Of a stretch of 64,000 nt of DNA, positions 29,259 through 40,556 are shown piece by piece. Below the pieces are notes generated by a model that was given only the letters and a program-made list of their open reading frames with translations, was not told the origin of the DNA and searched no databases. The first letter of the stretch is position 1. Each line of letters starts with the position of its first letter. Origin of the DNA: a bacterium (lineage in GTDB: Bacteria > UBA10199 > 2-02-FULL-50-16 > JAJFLM01); NCBI GenBank assembly GCA_965216315.1, contig CBDCFN010000016.1, positions 1,216,001 to 1,280,000 of the forward strand, read 5' to 3'. The position numbers were made by a program, and so were the translations under genes.

Positions 29259-30687
29259 CGGTTTTGTCTCCAAACAGCTCGTTTTTTTGTTTGCCATCTT
29301 GATTGGCGCGGCACTTGGCATGCCGGCACGACTTGAGGCGGGGATCTTTCGGCAATCGGTTCCCGATAAAGAGTTGCCGCCTGTCGTGCCGCGACCCGAC
29401 TATACGCGCAATCGACCTGAACTCCCGGAATTGATCTTAAAAGAGAAGGCGGAGGGGCGTTATGTCACGGGTCTTCCATTAATTGGTTGGGATCCTGATG
29501 CGGGGTTTAAATTTGGGGGTATTTTTAACCTGTTCGACAACGGTCCCAAAGAAGATCCCTACTTTCGTATCAGTGAATACAGTCAACTTTTCTCCGTCTT
29601 GGCCTTGGGGAGTACCGGAGGTGTCGTTAAAGTCCTGGCGGCTTACGACCAACCTTATATCTTTGATTCCCCGTGGCGTATTCGTGGGGCTCTCTATTTT
29701 GGGCGCGATCCGGGGGCAAACTATTTCGGTATTGGTAATGACAGTTTGAATCTGACTTTTCCGGGGTCGGCGCAGAGTTTCAGCAAGTATGATGATTACA
29801 GAAATGCGCTTGATCAAGAGAGTGGGGGCTTCACATTTGCACGCTACGATCAATTCAAAAGCAGGCGAATTGAGTTATTAGGGTCTGCCGAATATGACCT
29901 TGTCGGTGGGTTGCTGCGCCCTTTGATCGGCTTTAAAGTGTCGCGTGTCTCCGTCGGTGATTTTACCGGGGAGACGGTCAACGCAATCAATGCTGCCGGG
30001 CAAAAAGTAAGGGCGATTCAGCGAAATACGCATTTGCAAGATGACTGTCTTGCCGGCCGGGTTGTCGGTTGTGGTGGCGGCTGGGACAATTATCTTAAGC
30101 TGGGCATTGTCTTTGATACGCGTAATTTTGCTCCCGATCCAAGTTTGGGATTGATGACGGAGCTGACTTCAGAACTCTCCCATAAACTCTTGGGCTCTTC
30201 ATTTAATTATGGCCGACTCACAGCGAGTGGGCGCGCCTTTTGGAAACTTTTTGACTGGCGCAAGCAACAAGCTGTTCTTGCCGGACGTCTCATTTATTCA
30301 TGGCAATTCGGAGATATTCCGTTCTACTCAATGAATCAGTTGGCCTTGACGGATGGAGATGTAGAGGGTCTGGGCGGGTTTAGTACCTTGCGCGGTTTTC
30401 ATGAAAATCGTTTCATCGGGCCGAGTTCCGTTTTGGCGAATATTGAGCTTCGTTGGAGTTTCATTGATTTTACCATCCTACACCAACACATTAAGCTGAT
30501 GGTGACACCGTTTCTCGATACGGGCCGTGTCTTTGAGGATGTGGGTGAAACTTCTTTTGGAGGTTGGAAAACCGGGGGTGGGGCCGGTCTGCGCGTCGCT
30601 TGGAACCTTGCGACGATTATGAGTCTGGACTTTGGCGTCAGCTCGGAAGGGACGACACTCTTCATGGAGCTGGGGCACCAGTTTTAA
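29152..30687 (+). CDS. Omp85/BamA-family outer membrane beta-barrel protein (start uncertain, probably further downstream)
   Basis: GLGGFSTLRGFHENRF, NIELRW, FLDTGRVF, C-terminal ELGHQF. Confidence 0.75.
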   Translation: MTMSGLPLAMSSSLVMEWILMVYTGRFPTLPPSRHNGFVSKQLVFLFAILIGAALGMPARLEAGIFRQSVPDKELPPVVPRPDYTRNRPELPELILKEKAEGRYVTGLPLIGWDPDAGFKFGGIFNLFDNGPKEDPYFRISEYSQLFSVLALGSTGGVVKVLAAYDQPYIFDSPWRIRGALYFGRDPGANYFGIGNDSLNLTFPGSAQSFSKYDDYRNALDQESGGFTFARYDQFKSRRIELLGSAEYDLVGGLLRPLIGFKVSRVSVGDFTGETVNAINAAGQKVRAIQRNTHLQDDCLAGRVVGCGGGWDNYLKLGIVFDTRNFAPDPSLGLMTELTSELSHKLLGSSFNYGRLTASGRAFWKLFDWRKQQAVLAGRLIYSWQFGDIPFYSMNQLALTDGDVEGLGGFSTLRGFHENRFIGPSSVLANIELRWSFIDFTILHQHIKLMVTPFLDTGRVFEDVGETSFGGWKTGGGAGLRVAWNLATIMSLDFGVSSEGTTLFMELGHQF

Positions 30688-30740
30688 ATCAGTAGAAAGG
30701 TCTTGTCATTTCAATGGCTTAGCGCTTATCATCGTTCACC

Positions 30741-33700
30741 ATGCGGGCTCTGGTTGAATTCTTTCTCAAGCGTAAACTCGTCGTTAATATCCTTTTAATC
30801 GCAATCTTGATTCTTGCCGCACAGTCGATGCGTACGGCGACACGGAATATTTTTCCCGAGGTCGATTTGTCGACCATGCTCATCACAACAGTCTACCCAG
30901 GGGCATCTCCAAAAGACGTGGAGCAAAATGTCACACGTCTGCTCGAAGAGGAACTAGAAGGAGTTACCGGCATAGACAAGTTTACTTCCGTCTCAGCGGA
31001 AAACAGTTCTGTAATCATTGTCAACGTAGATATCGATTATCCGGATCAGGATGAGGTGAAAGACGAGGTGCGACGGGCGGTTGATCGCGTGACTGATTTA
31101 CCTGAAGAGATCGATGAGCGTCCCCAAGTTGTTGATCTGAAGTCATCTGAGTTGCCGATCCTGGTCGTCGGTGTCTTTGGTGAAGCGGATTACGCGACTT
31201 TAAGGCGTACGGCGAAGCTCATTGAACGGGACCTGAGGAATATTAAAGGAGTGGCTAAGGTCGATAAGTACGCCTATCGTGATAAGGAGTTCCAGGTCGA
31301 TCTAGATCCGGTCAAGCTGGTTGAAAATTACGTGGCCCTCAATGACATCCTCTTTGCCATCGATAAGCGTAATGTGCGCTCTACTGGTGGCAGTCTGGAG
31401 TCTTTTCAAACCCAGCGCAATATTCTGACATTATCAGAATTTGAGAATACGGATCAGATTCGCGATGTCATCGTTCGATCGACTTTCACCGGTGAAAACC
31501 TTCGAGTCAGAGATGTTGCCGATGTTCATGAAGGCTTTGAGGATGAAACGATGCGTACTGGCTTCAATGGGGAGCGCGGCATTTCACTTGTCATTAAAAA
31601 ATCATCGTCAACTGACATAATCCGTTTGGTAAAGCGGGTCCAAGAATATGTCGAGACGAGGCAAGGGATGATGCCGGACGGTGTCAAAATTCTCGCAGTC
31701 AATGATTCCTCCGTCATTGTGCAAAATCGACTTAGCATAGTGATGATCAATGGCATTGTTGGCTTTATCGTCGTTATCGCTGTGCTTATTTTCTTTTTGA
31801 CCTTCAGAACGTCTTTCTGGATCGCGATGAGCATTCCCAGCGCCTTTGGCGTCGCGCTTATTTTAATGCCTGCTTTTGGTGTCGATATTAATGCGGTCTC
31901 ATTGGCAGCGATGATCACTGTATTGGGTATGCTGGTCGATGATTCGATCGTTGTGTCTGAGAATGTCTATTACTACCGAACGGTTAAAGGCATGAATGCT
32001 TATGATGCCGCGCTTAAAGGGACCATGGAGGTCTTTAAGCCGGTCTTGGCCACGATTATGACCACGGCACTTGCCTTTGCGCCTCTCCTCGTCATGACAG
32101 GAGTAATGGGCCGCTTTATTTTTGTCATTCCTGTCGTCGTTATCGCGGCACTCTTTGGATCATTCATCGATTGCTTCTTTATTCTACCCAATCATTTATA
32201 TCATTCGACGGCGAACTTGGGTGCGAGCGAACAGGGATGGCGCGGTCGTTTATTTGAAACGATTGTTAAGCCCTATAAGGTGATCTTGGCGCAGGTATTG
32301 CGCTGGCGCTATGCTTTTATTGCAATGAGTCTGCTTATGTTGGTTTTTTCACTATGGTGGGGAAAGACACAAGTTGGCATGAATCTATTTCCGCCTGATG
32401 GAGCGAATAAATTTTTTGTCTATCTCGAGCTCGATAAATCGGTCACCTTTGACAAAACGGATGAGGCGGTACATCAAATTGAGACGGCTTTGAGTGAGCT
32501 GCCGAAACATGAAGTGGACTACTATACTGCACGTATTGGCACGGATCAGTCCGATCCCTTAATGGTGCAAACGGGTGGTGAGGAAAACCTAGCCTATCTC
32601 GAAGTAACTTTATCTCAGATATCAGAGCGGGATCGGGAAGCCGATGAGATTATGGCTGAAGTACGCAATAAAGTGGAGAAAGTGGTTCAGGCCAAAGAGC
32701 TGCGTTTTGAAGTGGAAAAGCCCGGGCCGCCGGCCGGGACACCGATTGAATTTCACGTTCACGCCGATAATGACAAAGAGCGCATGTTTTTTGTCAATCG
32801 GATGGTAGAAGATTTGAAAGTGATGAAGGGAGTCAGTGATATCTCGACGACACATAAGATCGGGCGGGAAGAGTACAAGCTTGATATCGACTATGATCTG
32901 CTGGCGGCAGCGGCACTGACGGTCAACGACGTTGCCTCGACCTTACGAATTGCCTTTGATGGAATCGATGCAACCTCGATTGTTAGGGATAATGAGGAGA
33001 TAAAAATACGCGTTCGTTTTCCAGAGCAATACCGGCGTAATGTCCGCAATGTCCTGGAACTGAATATTCGCAATGCAAATGGCAAGCTGATTCCGGTCAA
33101 GAGTTTTGCAAGTCTGGTTACGACGCGCGCGGAATCATCCATCCACCATACCGATGGGGATGTGACGACGACAATACGTGCCCAAACAGATGGTGTTTCT
33201 ATTCTTCCACAAACCGCAATCAATCGCCTGGTTAAAAAGTATACGCCGGAACTTGAAAAATATTCTGACGTGAGCTTTTCTTATGGAGGGGAGGCCGAAA
33301 AGACTCAAGAGTCGATGCAATCATTGATGATTGCCTTCATTGGCGGTTTTATCGCGATCTATCTGATTCTGACGCTCCTGTTTAATTCTCTGAGTCAGCC
33401 GGTTCTCATCTTGAGTGCGATTCCCTTTGGGCTAATCGGGGTTGTTTGGACCTTCTACTTTCATGGCCGGCCCTTTTCATTTTTAGCTCTTATTGGAGTG
33501 GTGGGCCTGAGCGGTGTTGTTGTTAATGATTCGCTTGTTATGGTGGATTTTATTAACAATGTCGTCAGGCCCAAGATCAAAGAAGTGGTCAAACCCTGTC
33601 GTGAGCTGATTCCTTTGGTCGTAAAGGGGGCGGGACGACGTTTACGGCCGGTTATCATCACGACGGTCACTACTGTTGTGGCGCTGTTCCCTACGGCTTA

Positions 33701-33884
33701 CGGAATAGGCGGATCAGATCCTTTTATTGAGCCGATGGTACTTGCAGTCGCTTGGGGGCTGGTATTTGCAACGGTGTTGACATTATTCTTAATTCCTTGT
33801 CTTTACTTGGTGAATGTAGATGTAGCAAATGCTTACAAGGCATGTATTAAGCGCATCGTCAGAAGGGGAACTGCTGAGAAATGA
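30741..33884 (+). CDS. RND efflux permease (AcrB/AcrD/AcrF family)
   Basis: 1047 aa; YPGASPKDVEQ, GMLVDDSIVVSEN, GVVVNDSLV, RLRPVIITT. Confidence 0.92.
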   Translation: MRALVEFFLKRKLVVNILLIAILILAAQSMRTATRNIFPEVDLSTMLITTVYPGASPKDVEQNVTRLLEEELEGVTGIDKFTSVSAENSSVIIVNVDIDYPDQDEVKDEVRRAVDRVTDLPEEIDERPQVVDLKSSELPILVVGVFGEADYATLRRTAKLIERDLRNIKGVAKVDKYAYRDKEFQVDLDPVKLVENYVALNDILFAIDKRNVRSTGGSLESFQTQRNILTLSEFENTDQIRDVIVRSTFTGENLRVRDVADVHEGFEDETMRTGFNGERGISLVIKKSSSTDIIRLVKRVQEYVETRQGMMPDGVKILAVNDSSVIVQNRLSIVMINGIVGFIVVIAVLIFFLTFRTSFWIAMSIPSAFGVALILMPAFGVDINAVSLAAMITVLGMLVDDSIVVSENVYYYRTVKGMNAYDAALKGTMEVFKPVLATIMTTALAFAPLLVMTGVMGRFIFVIPVVVIAALFGSFIDCFFILPNHLYHSTANLGASEQGWRGRLFETIVKPYKVILAQVLRWRYAFIAMSLLMLVFSLWWGKTQVGMNLFPPDGANKFFVYLELDKSVTFDKTDEAVHQIETALSELPKHEVDYYTARIGTDQSDPLMVQTGGEENLAYLEVTLSQISERDREADEIMAEVRNKVEKVVQAKELRFEVEKPGPPAGTPIEFHVHADNDKERMFFVNRMVEDLKVMKGVSDISTTHKIGREEYKLDIDYDLLAAAALTVNDVASTLRIAFDGIDATSIVRDNEEIKIRVRFPEQYRRNVRNVLELNIRNANGKLIPVKSFASLVTTRAESSIHHTDGDVTTTIRAQTDGVSILPQTAINRLVKKYTPELEKYSDVSFSYGGEAEKTQESMQSLMIAFIGGFIAIYLILTLLFNSLSQPVLILSAIPFGLIGVVWTFYFHGRPFSFLALIGVVGLSGVVVNDSLVMVDFINNVVRPKIKEVVKPCRELIPLVVKGAGRRLRPVIITTVTTVVALFPTAYGIGGSDPFIEPMVLAVAWGLVFATVLTLFLIPCLYLVNVDVANAYKACIKRIVRRGTAEK

Positions 33885-34381
33885 ATAAGCTGAAAATTAA
33901 TCGCGAAACACGGCGACTTCGCTCTGCTTTATACAATCCGTTTGTCGCTTATCTTATTGTTGTTGGGAATATCATCTTGATCGGAACGACAGTGGCTTTC
34001 TATTATATAGAGAAAGGTGTTAACCCGCATGTTACCAACTATTTTGATAGTTTTTGGTGGGGCGTGACGACAATCACGACAGTGGGTTACGGAGACATTA
34101 TTCCTATGACAACGGGAGGGCGCATTGTTGGCACGGTGTTGATGTATTCCGGGACGGTTCTATTTGTTTCTATTATCGGGGTGATTGTCTCCATCTGGAT
34201 GCGTGAAGAGGTCGAGCGCGAAGTGTATCCGCTCAAGCAGGATGTCGAAGAAGTCAGTCAAGAGATAGCTCCGATGGAACGAGAGCTGGAGATTCAGGAA
34301 GCGGGCCAGGAGCGCATTATTAGAATGCTTGAAAAGGTGGATAGGCGTTTGGAGAAATTAGAAAAAAAAGATAATGCCTAA
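33881..34381 (+). CDS. Two-TM potassium channel
   Basis: FWWGVTTITTVGYGD selectivity filter; C-terminal coiled coil. Confidence 0.9.
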   Translation: MNKLKINRETRRLRSALYNPFVAYLIVVGNIILIGTTVAFYYIEKGVNPHVTNYFDSFWWGVTTITTVGYGDIIPMTTGGRIVGTVLMYSGTVLFVSIIGVIVSIWMREEVEREVYPLKQDVEEVSQEIAPMERELEIQEAGQERIIRMLEKVDRRLEKLEKKDNA

Positions 34382-35546
34382 GTTGCGCTATAAAGGTGTT
34401 CTATTTTTCCTATTCTTTCTCGCCGGATTTCTTTGCTCCGGAACCCTTTGGGCAGAAGCGAGTCTTTCAATCCAAAAAGGGCCTTATCTGCTATTAAAAT
34501 CTAATGAGTTGCTCGTGCGCGTTGAAGAAAAAAATCTCAAAGCCCCCCGTCTGGAGTGGAAATTGAGAAGTGAATCTCGCAGCCTGCCGATGTTGCCGGT
34601 TCGAGGTGATCTCTGGGAAGGACGTATCACCGCAACGCATTCTCTGAAAAGCTATCAGGTTGTCGAAGGCGATGCATCGACCGGTTGGATACCGATCGCC
34701 GGTTTGAATCCGAAGGCAAAGTCACTACGTTTTGTTGCTTATGGAGACAATCGTTCGGGATACGGTAAAGGCGAGACGCATGAGCAAATTCTTCAGCAGG
34801 TCAGGCTGGAACAACCTTCATTTATCCTTAATACGGGAGATGTTGTATTTAGGGGAAATAACGAGCTTCATTGGAATAGCTATTTCAAAGAGGGCCGAGG
34901 TGTTTTCGATCGCGTTCTCCAGTTTCCTGCTATGGGAAATCATGATCGCTCGCGTAAGCATCGCTTTGCAGAATTGTTTCCCTTGGGTCGCCAGGATGCC
35001 AATTATTATGCCTTTCGTTACGGGCCGGCTTATTTCATTGTACTCGACAGCACGGAATCATACCGTCGCGGGTCCAAGCAGTATAATTTTTTAAAACAAG
35101 AGCTTGAAGCCTGGCATAAAAAGTTGCCCATCATCATCAGTTTGCATCACCCGCCCTTTAGCACCGGAAAACATGGGTCGACCCGTCAGGTCATTAAGTA
35201 TCTCGTCCCTTTATTCGAAAATTACGGGGTAGCCGTCGTGTTGGCCGGCCATGACCATAATTATCAGCGTATCGGACCCATTAATGGCGTCCTTTATATA
35301 GTGACGGGGGGCGGAGGTGGTCCGCTCTACAAGTTTGCGCCTCATCCCTTCGTCAAGAATGCTCAGCGAGAGTTCCACTATCTGCTCTTCGAGATTAAGG
35401 GGGATCACCTCCTTGGTTGGATGAAAAATAAAGTCGGTGTTGTCGTCGATGAATTTGATCTTAAATTGACTTTAACGGCGGTTCCACGTGAGAAGCGCGA
35501 GCAGTTGCCGAAGCTACCAAATTCTCGGTTTCGTTTCTTTCATTAA
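34374..35546 (+). CDS. Secreted metallophosphoesterase (purple acid phosphatase-like)
   Basis: YGDNR, TGDVV, GNHD, HHPP, GHDHNYQR. Confidence 0.88.
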   Translation: MPKLRYKGVLFFLFFLAGFLCSGTLWAEASLSIQKGPYLLLKSNELLVRVEEKNLKAPRLEWKLRSESRSLPMLPVRGDLWEGRITATHSLKSYQVVEGDASTGWIPIAGLNPKAKSLRFVAYGDNRSGYGKGETHEQILQQVRLEQPSFILNTGDVVFRGNNELHWNSYFKEGRGVFDRVLQFPAMGNHDRSRKHRFAELFPLGRQDANYYAFRYGPAYFIVLDSTESYRRGSKQYNFLKQELEAWHKKLPIIISLHHPPFSTGKHGSTRQVIKYLVPLFENYGVAVVLAGHDHNYQRIGPINGVLYIVTGGGGGPLYKFAPHPFVKNAQREFHYLLFEIKGDHLLGWMKNKVGVVVDEFDLKLTLTAVPREKREQLPKLPNSRFRFFH

Positions 35547-35681
35547 AGAAACGCTTTGTTCAACCGCCCCAATGTGGGGACTGCACACCCCAGATTTTGC
35601 TTCCGTCGAAGCGTTAAGCAAAACGGATAAATAATAATCATTTAAAAACAAATAGTTACGGACTCCATTCTCTATGGCTAA

Positions 35682-35697
35682 TGGCATTGTTATTGCA
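35682..35697 (+). promoter_or_regulatory. Sigma54 -24/-12 promoter P3
   Basis: TGGCAT-TGTTA-TTGCA, with IHF-like AAACAA-ATAG-TTA at 35646-35658. Confidence 0.7.
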
Positions 35698-35710
35698 GAG
35701 TTAAGAAGGT

Positions 35711-35959
35711 ATGAAACGCTTACTCACCGGACTTGCTTTATTCGCCTTGCTGCTGACGGGGATGAGTTCGGCCTTTGCCGCAACCGACAAACTGTCTGAG
35801 TTGCCGGAAACGAAAAAAAATTCCGTCTATGCAGAAGGAACCCTCATTCATGGTCTGATCAAGGCTCCGGATGCTCTCTCCGTTCGTTTCAGTCCAAACG
35901 TCCGTTTCGGTGTCGCACCTAGCAAGAAACAACAGGTCGCGATGAAGATTTCCTTCTAA
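35711..35959 (+). CDS. Small secreted/outer-membrane hypothetical protein
   Basis: Signal peptide ending AFA; C-terminal VAMKISF. Confidence 0.65.
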   Translation: MKRLLTGLALFALLLTGMSSAFAATDKLSELPETKKNSVYAEGTLIHGLIKAPDALSVRFSPNVRFGVAPSKKQQVAMKISF

Positions 35960-35997
35960 TTTGCGCAGAGGCGTGATTTGATAGGCTTAGGTAGCCT

Positions 35998-38900
35998 ATG
36001 GAATCGATTCAGCCCTACGAACCCAAACACAAAATCCGCGTCGTTACCGCCGCGTCGCTTTTTGATGGTCATGATGCCTCGATTAATATCATGCGCCGTA
36101 TTGTCCAGGCGACAGGGGCGGAGGTTATCCATCTAGGACACAATCGCGCGGCCCAGGAAGTCGTCGAGTGTGCGATTCAGGAAGATGCCAACGCCATCGC
36201 CCTGACATCCTATCAAGGCGGCCACACCGAATATTTTAAGTACATGTATGATCTCTTGAATGAACGGCAATGTGGTCATATCCGCATCTTTGGCGGCGGT
36301 GGCGGCGTTATCCTGCCTGAAGAAATCAAGGAACTTCATCAATATGGGATCACGAGGGTCTATTCGCCGGATGACGGTCGCGCACTCGGTCTGCAAGGGA
36401 TGATCAACGACATGTTGGAGAAGTCGGATTTTCCGACAGGGCGAGACGTGGCGGATGAGGTTGACTTGCTCGATAAACGAAATGCACGCGCGATCGCACG
36501 TTTGATCTCCGCCGCCGAAAATTATCCGGAAGAAAATCGCGATCTATTTGGCAAGATCCGGAAGCTGGCCGCAATAAAATCGGTTCCGGTGCTAGGCATA
36601 ACCGGAACGGGCGGTGCCGGCAAATCATCATTGATTGACGAATTTGTGCGCCGCTTTCTCCATGAATTTTCGGACAAGAATATTGCTATTTTATCGGTTG
36701 ATCCCTCACGCCGCAAGACAGGCGGTGCTTTATTAGGGGATCGTATCCGCATGAATGCGATCCACGATTCACGTGTTTACATGCGTTCGCTGGCAACGCG
36801 TCAGGCCAACTTGGCACTCTCCGCGCATATTGGCGATGCGATTCATATTCTTAAGGCCGCTCATTATGATCTGATTGTATTGGAAACATCGGGCATCGGT
36901 CAGTCGGATACGGAAATTACGGAACATGCGGATATCTCGTTGTACGTGATGACACCGGACTATGGCGCTGCAACTCAACTCGAAAAAATTGATATGCTCG
37001 ATTTTGCTGACGTCATTGCCCTCAATAAGTTTGATAAACGCGGCGCGGCGGATGCCCTACGGGATGTTCGTAAGCAATATAAGCGGAATAAAAAGCTCTG
37101 GGAAGGTGCGGATGAAGATATCCCCGTGTTCGCAACGATTGCCTCACAGTTTAACGATCCGGGGATGAATCGACTCTATAAGGCCCTGATGGATCATTTA
37201 GTGACCAAGACCAAGGTCGACCTTAGATCGTCTTTCGAAATAGGCACGGAGGAGTCGGAGAAGGTCTATATTATCCCGCCGGAACGCACTCGCTATCTTG
37301 CGGACATTAGTGAGACGGTAAGGCAATACAATCAACGCGTGGAAAGTCAGGCACGCATTGCCCAACAGCTCTATGGCGTGCGCCAAGCAATGGAAGTTGC
37401 GGAAGGGGACACGGATGAAACGGCTGCTGAGGGTCAAGCGTATCTGGAGAAAAAAGCCAGCCAACTTGAACAGCAGCTTGCTGACAAAAATAAGCTGATA
37501 CTTGAGCAATGGGAGGAGAAGAAAGCGGCTTATCGCGAGCCAGTGCATACTTTTCGCGTTCGCGCTAAGGATATCCAAATCACGACGCATACGGAAAGTT
37601 TATCTCATCTAGATATCCCTAAGATCGCGATGCCGACCTATAAAGCCTGGGGCGACCTTCTTAAATGGTCGCTACAGGAAAATGTTCCCGGCGAATTCCC
37701 TTATACGGCGGGTGTTTTTCCTTTTAAGCGGGAGGAAGAAGACCCGACCCGTATGTTTGCGGGTGAAGGAGGGCCGGAACGAACCAATAAGCGTTTCCAC
37801 TATGTGTCGCTAGAGATGCCGGCTAAAAGGCTTTCCACAGCCTTTGATTCCGTAACGCTTTACGGCGAGGATCCTGATTTTCGTCCCGATATTTACGGAA
37901 AAATAGGTAACGCGGGGGTTTCGATTTGTTGTTTGGATGATGCCAAAAAGCTGTATTCAGGATTTCATCTGATCGATCCCAAAACGTCGGTTTCCATGAC
38001 AATTAATGGCCCCGCTCCGATGATTGCGGCCTTCTTTATGAATGCGGCGACGGATCAGCAGTGTGAAGTCTACATTAGAGAGCAGGGGCTGGTTAAAGAG
38101 GTTGAGGCGAAAATCACAGCGCTCTATGAAAAGGATCCTAAGTTGCGCCCTCAGTATCGAGGTGAACTCCCGAAGGGAAATGACGGTCTCGGACTGTTAC
38201 TGCTGGGCGTGACGGGAGATCAGGTTCTGGAGCGCGAGGTTTACGAAAAAATCAAAGCCGATACGCTCCACAAAGTTCGCGGAACCGTGCAGGCCGACAT
38301 CCTCAAAGAAGATCAGGCCCAAAACACATGTATCTTCGGAACCGAGTTTGCCCTCAAAATGATGGGGGACATGCAAGAATATTTTATTCATAATAATGTC
38401 CGGAATTTTTACTCGGTTTCCATTTCGGGGTACCACATTGCCGAAGCCGGCGCCAATCCGATTACACAATTGGCCTTTACGCTCGCCAACGGTTTTACCT
38501 TTGTTGAGTATTACCTTTCGCGTGGGATGAATATTGATGATTTTGCTCCGAATCTTTCTTTCTTTTTTTCGAATGGGATTGATGCCGAATATGCGGTGAT
38601 TGGCCGGGTGGCCCGGCGCATTTGGGCCAAGGCGATGCGGGATAAATATGGAGCCAACGAGCGCTCCCAAAAACTCAAATACCATATTCAGACCTCCGGA
38701 CGCTCACTTCATGCCCAGGAGATCAGCTTTAATGACATCCGTACAACTCTGCAGGCCCTTTATGCGATCTTCGACAACTGTAATTCACTCCATACGAATG
38801 CCTACGATGAGGCGATCACGACCCCGACAGAAGAATCCGTGCGGCGTGCCATGGCGATACAGCTGATTATCAATAAAGAGCTGGGCTTAAGTAAGAATCA

Positions 38901-39378
38901 AAATCCTTTTCAGGGTTCTTTTGTGATTGAGGAGCTTACCGACCTGGTCGAGGAGGCTGTCATGGCGGAGTTCGATCGTATTACGGAGCGAGGCGGGGTG
39001 CTCGGTGCAATGGAGACGATGTATCAACGGAATCAGATCCAAGAAGAATCATTGTACTATGAGAACCTCAAGCTGTCGGGTGAGTATCCCATCGTGGGGG
39101 TGAACACGTTTCTTTCGAAAGAAGGCTCACCGACCGTGATTCCGAAGGAAGTGATTCGTTCGACCGATGAGGAGAAAAAAGGGCAGATTGCGACCTTGCA
39201 GGCCTTGCATCAACATCATGGCGAGAGATCCACGGTTGAATTAAAGCAGCTCCAAGAAGTCGCGGTTCACAATGGCAATATTTTTGAACAGTTGATGCAA
39301 ACCGTTAAATACGCTTCTTTAGGCCAAATTACCCATGCCCTTTACGAGGTCGGCGGGCAGTATCGTCGGAATATGTAA
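35998..39378 (+). CDS. icmF: Fused isobutyryl-CoA mutase (B12-binding + MeaI GTPase + TIM barrel)
   Basis: [43 protein letters not shown]. Confidence 0.93.
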   Translation: MESIQPYEPKHKIRVVTAASLFDGHDASINIMRRIVQATGAEVIHLGHNRAAQEVVECAIQEDANAIALTSYQGGHTEYFKYMYDLLNERQCGHIRIFGGGGGVILPEEIKELHQYGITRVYSPDDGRALGLQGMINDMLEKSDFPTGRDVADEVDLLDKRNARAIARLISAAENYPEENRDLFGKIRKLAAIKSVPVLGITGTGGAGKSSLIDEFVRRFLHEFSDKNIAILSVDPSRRKTGGALLGDRIRMNAIHDSRVYMRSLATRQANLALSAHIGDAIHILKAAHYDLIVLETSGIGQSDTEITEHADISLYVMTPDYGAATQLEKIDMLDFADVIALNKFDKRGAADALRDVRKQYKRNKKLWEGADEDIPVFATIASQFNDPGMNRLYKALMDHLVTKTKVDLRSSFEIGTEESEKVYIIPPERTRYLADISETVRQYNQRVESQARIAQQLYGVRQAMEVAEGDTDETAAEGQAYLEKKASQLEQQLADKNKLILEQWEEKKAAYREPVHTFRVRAKDIQITTHTESLSHLDIPKIAMPTYKAWGDLLKWSLQENVPGEFPYTAGVFPFKREEEDPTRMFAGEGGPERTNKRFHYVSLEMPAKRLSTAFDSVTLYGEDPDFRPDIYGKIGNAGVSICCLDDAKKLYSGFHLIDPKTSVSMTINGPAPMIAAFFMNAATDQQCEVYIREQGLVKEVEAKITALYEKDPKLRPQYRGELPKGNDGLGLLLLGVTGDQVLEREVYEKIKADTLHKVRGTVQADILKEDQAQNTCIFGTEFALKMMGDMQEYFIHNNVRNFYSVSISGYHIAEAGANPITQLAFTLANGFTFVEYYLSRGMNIDDFAPNLSFFFSNGIDAEYAVIGRVARRIWAKAMRDKYGANERSQKLKYHIQTSGRSLHAQEISFNDIRTTLQALYAIFDNCNSLHTNAYDEAITTPTEESVRRAMAIQLIINKELGLSKNQNPFQGSFVIEELTDLVEEAVMAEFDRITERGGVLGAMETMYQRNQIQEESLYYENLKLSGEYPIVGVNTFLSKEGSPTVIPKEVIRSTDEEKKGQIATLQALHQHHGERSTVELKQLQEVAVHNGNIFEQLMQTVKYASLGQITHALYEVGGQYRRNM

Positions 39379-39384
39379 AGGGAT

Positions 39385-40479
39385 TCAATAGGTGGCTAAG
39401 CTGATCGGCAAACGCCTCGGTCCCCAATCACCGGGAGGGCCTTGAAAGACACCGGCGCAGCGGGTGCCGCACTTGCGACAGTGGCCGTCATCACTGAGCT
39501 TCCATTCCCCGAGTTGATACCAGTCTCTTGAGATAAGTTTTTCACCGCATTCATGACAGTAGGTGCTGTCGCCGGCCTCGTTATGGACGTTGCCGACGTA
39601 GGCGTAATGAAGCCCGGTCTTAAGGGCGATATCACGAGCGCGTAACAAGGTAGAGGACGGCGTCGATTTTTTATCCCGCATTTTATAATCCGGGTGAAAG
39701 GCCGTGAAATGAATTGGAACGTCGGGGCCTAACTTTGTAATGATCCACTCGCACATGGCAGTGATTTCTTCCGATGAATCGTTTTCATCCGGTATGAGTA
39801 GCGTGGTGAGCTCAAACCAGACGTCGGTTTGATGTTTGAGGTATTCGAGTGTCTCGAGCACAGGTTGCAATTCTGATTTGCAGACGCGTTGATAAAAGGA
39901 CTCGGTGAAGGCCTTGAGGTCTATATTGGCCGCATCCATGTGTTGGTAGAACTCCCGGCGGGGCGCGGCGTTGATATAGCCGGCGGTAACGGCAACGGCC
40001 TTGATATCGCGCTCACGGCAGGCATCGGCGACGTCGATTGCATATTCCATAAAAATCACCGGATCATTATAAGTGAACGCGACGCTGCGACAATTCAACT
40101 CCGCTGCAACGCGGGCAATTTTTTCCGGGGAGGCCTGGTCGGCCAGGGTATCAAATTCACGCGATTTGCTGATATCCCAATTCTGGCAGAACGAGCAGGC
40201 CAGATTACAGCCGGCGGTGCCAAATGAGAGTACCGGAGTACCGGGGAGAAAATGATTGAGCGGCTTTTTTTCGATCGGATCGATGCAAAAGCCGCTGGAG
40301 CGCCCATAAGTCGTCAGCACCACTTGATCTTGATCGGCGGCGCGCACGAAGCACATACCGCGCTGGCCATTTTTCATCTTGCAGGCGCGCGGACAGACAT
40401 CACACTGGACGCGGCCGTCCGGGAGTCGGTGCCAATAATGCGTTGGCGTCGTATTCGTGATCAGGCCCACATTCTTCAT
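39385..40479 (-). CDS. amrS: AmmeMemoRadiSam system radical SAM enzyme
   Basis: CDVCPRAC, DPIEKKPLNHF, GCNLACSFCQNWDIS; adjacent to amrB and amrA. Confidence 0.92.
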   Translation of the reverse strand: MKNVGLITNTTPTHYWHRLPDGRVQCDVCPRACKMKNGQRGMCFVRAADQDQVVLTTYGRSSGFCIDPIEKKPLNHFLPGTPVLSFGTAGCNLACSFCQNWDISKSREFDTLADQASPEKIARVAAELNCRSVAFTYNDPVIFMEYAIDVADACRERDIKAVAVTAGYINAAPRREFYQHMDAANIDLKAFTESFYQRVCKSELQPVLETLEYLKHQTDVWFELTTLLIPDENDSSEEITAMCEWIITKLGPDVPIHFTAFHPDYKMRDKKSTPSSTLLRARDIALKTGLHYAYVGNVHNEAGDSTYCHECGEKLISRDWYQLGEWKLSDDGHCRKCGTRCAGVFQGPPGDWGPRRLPISLATY

Positions 40480-40556
40480 ATTTATATATGATAAACGGAT
40501 AAGGTATTGGGTCAATAGCCCTTTGCAAAGCGGCGGAAGAGGATTATTCTACGTCT

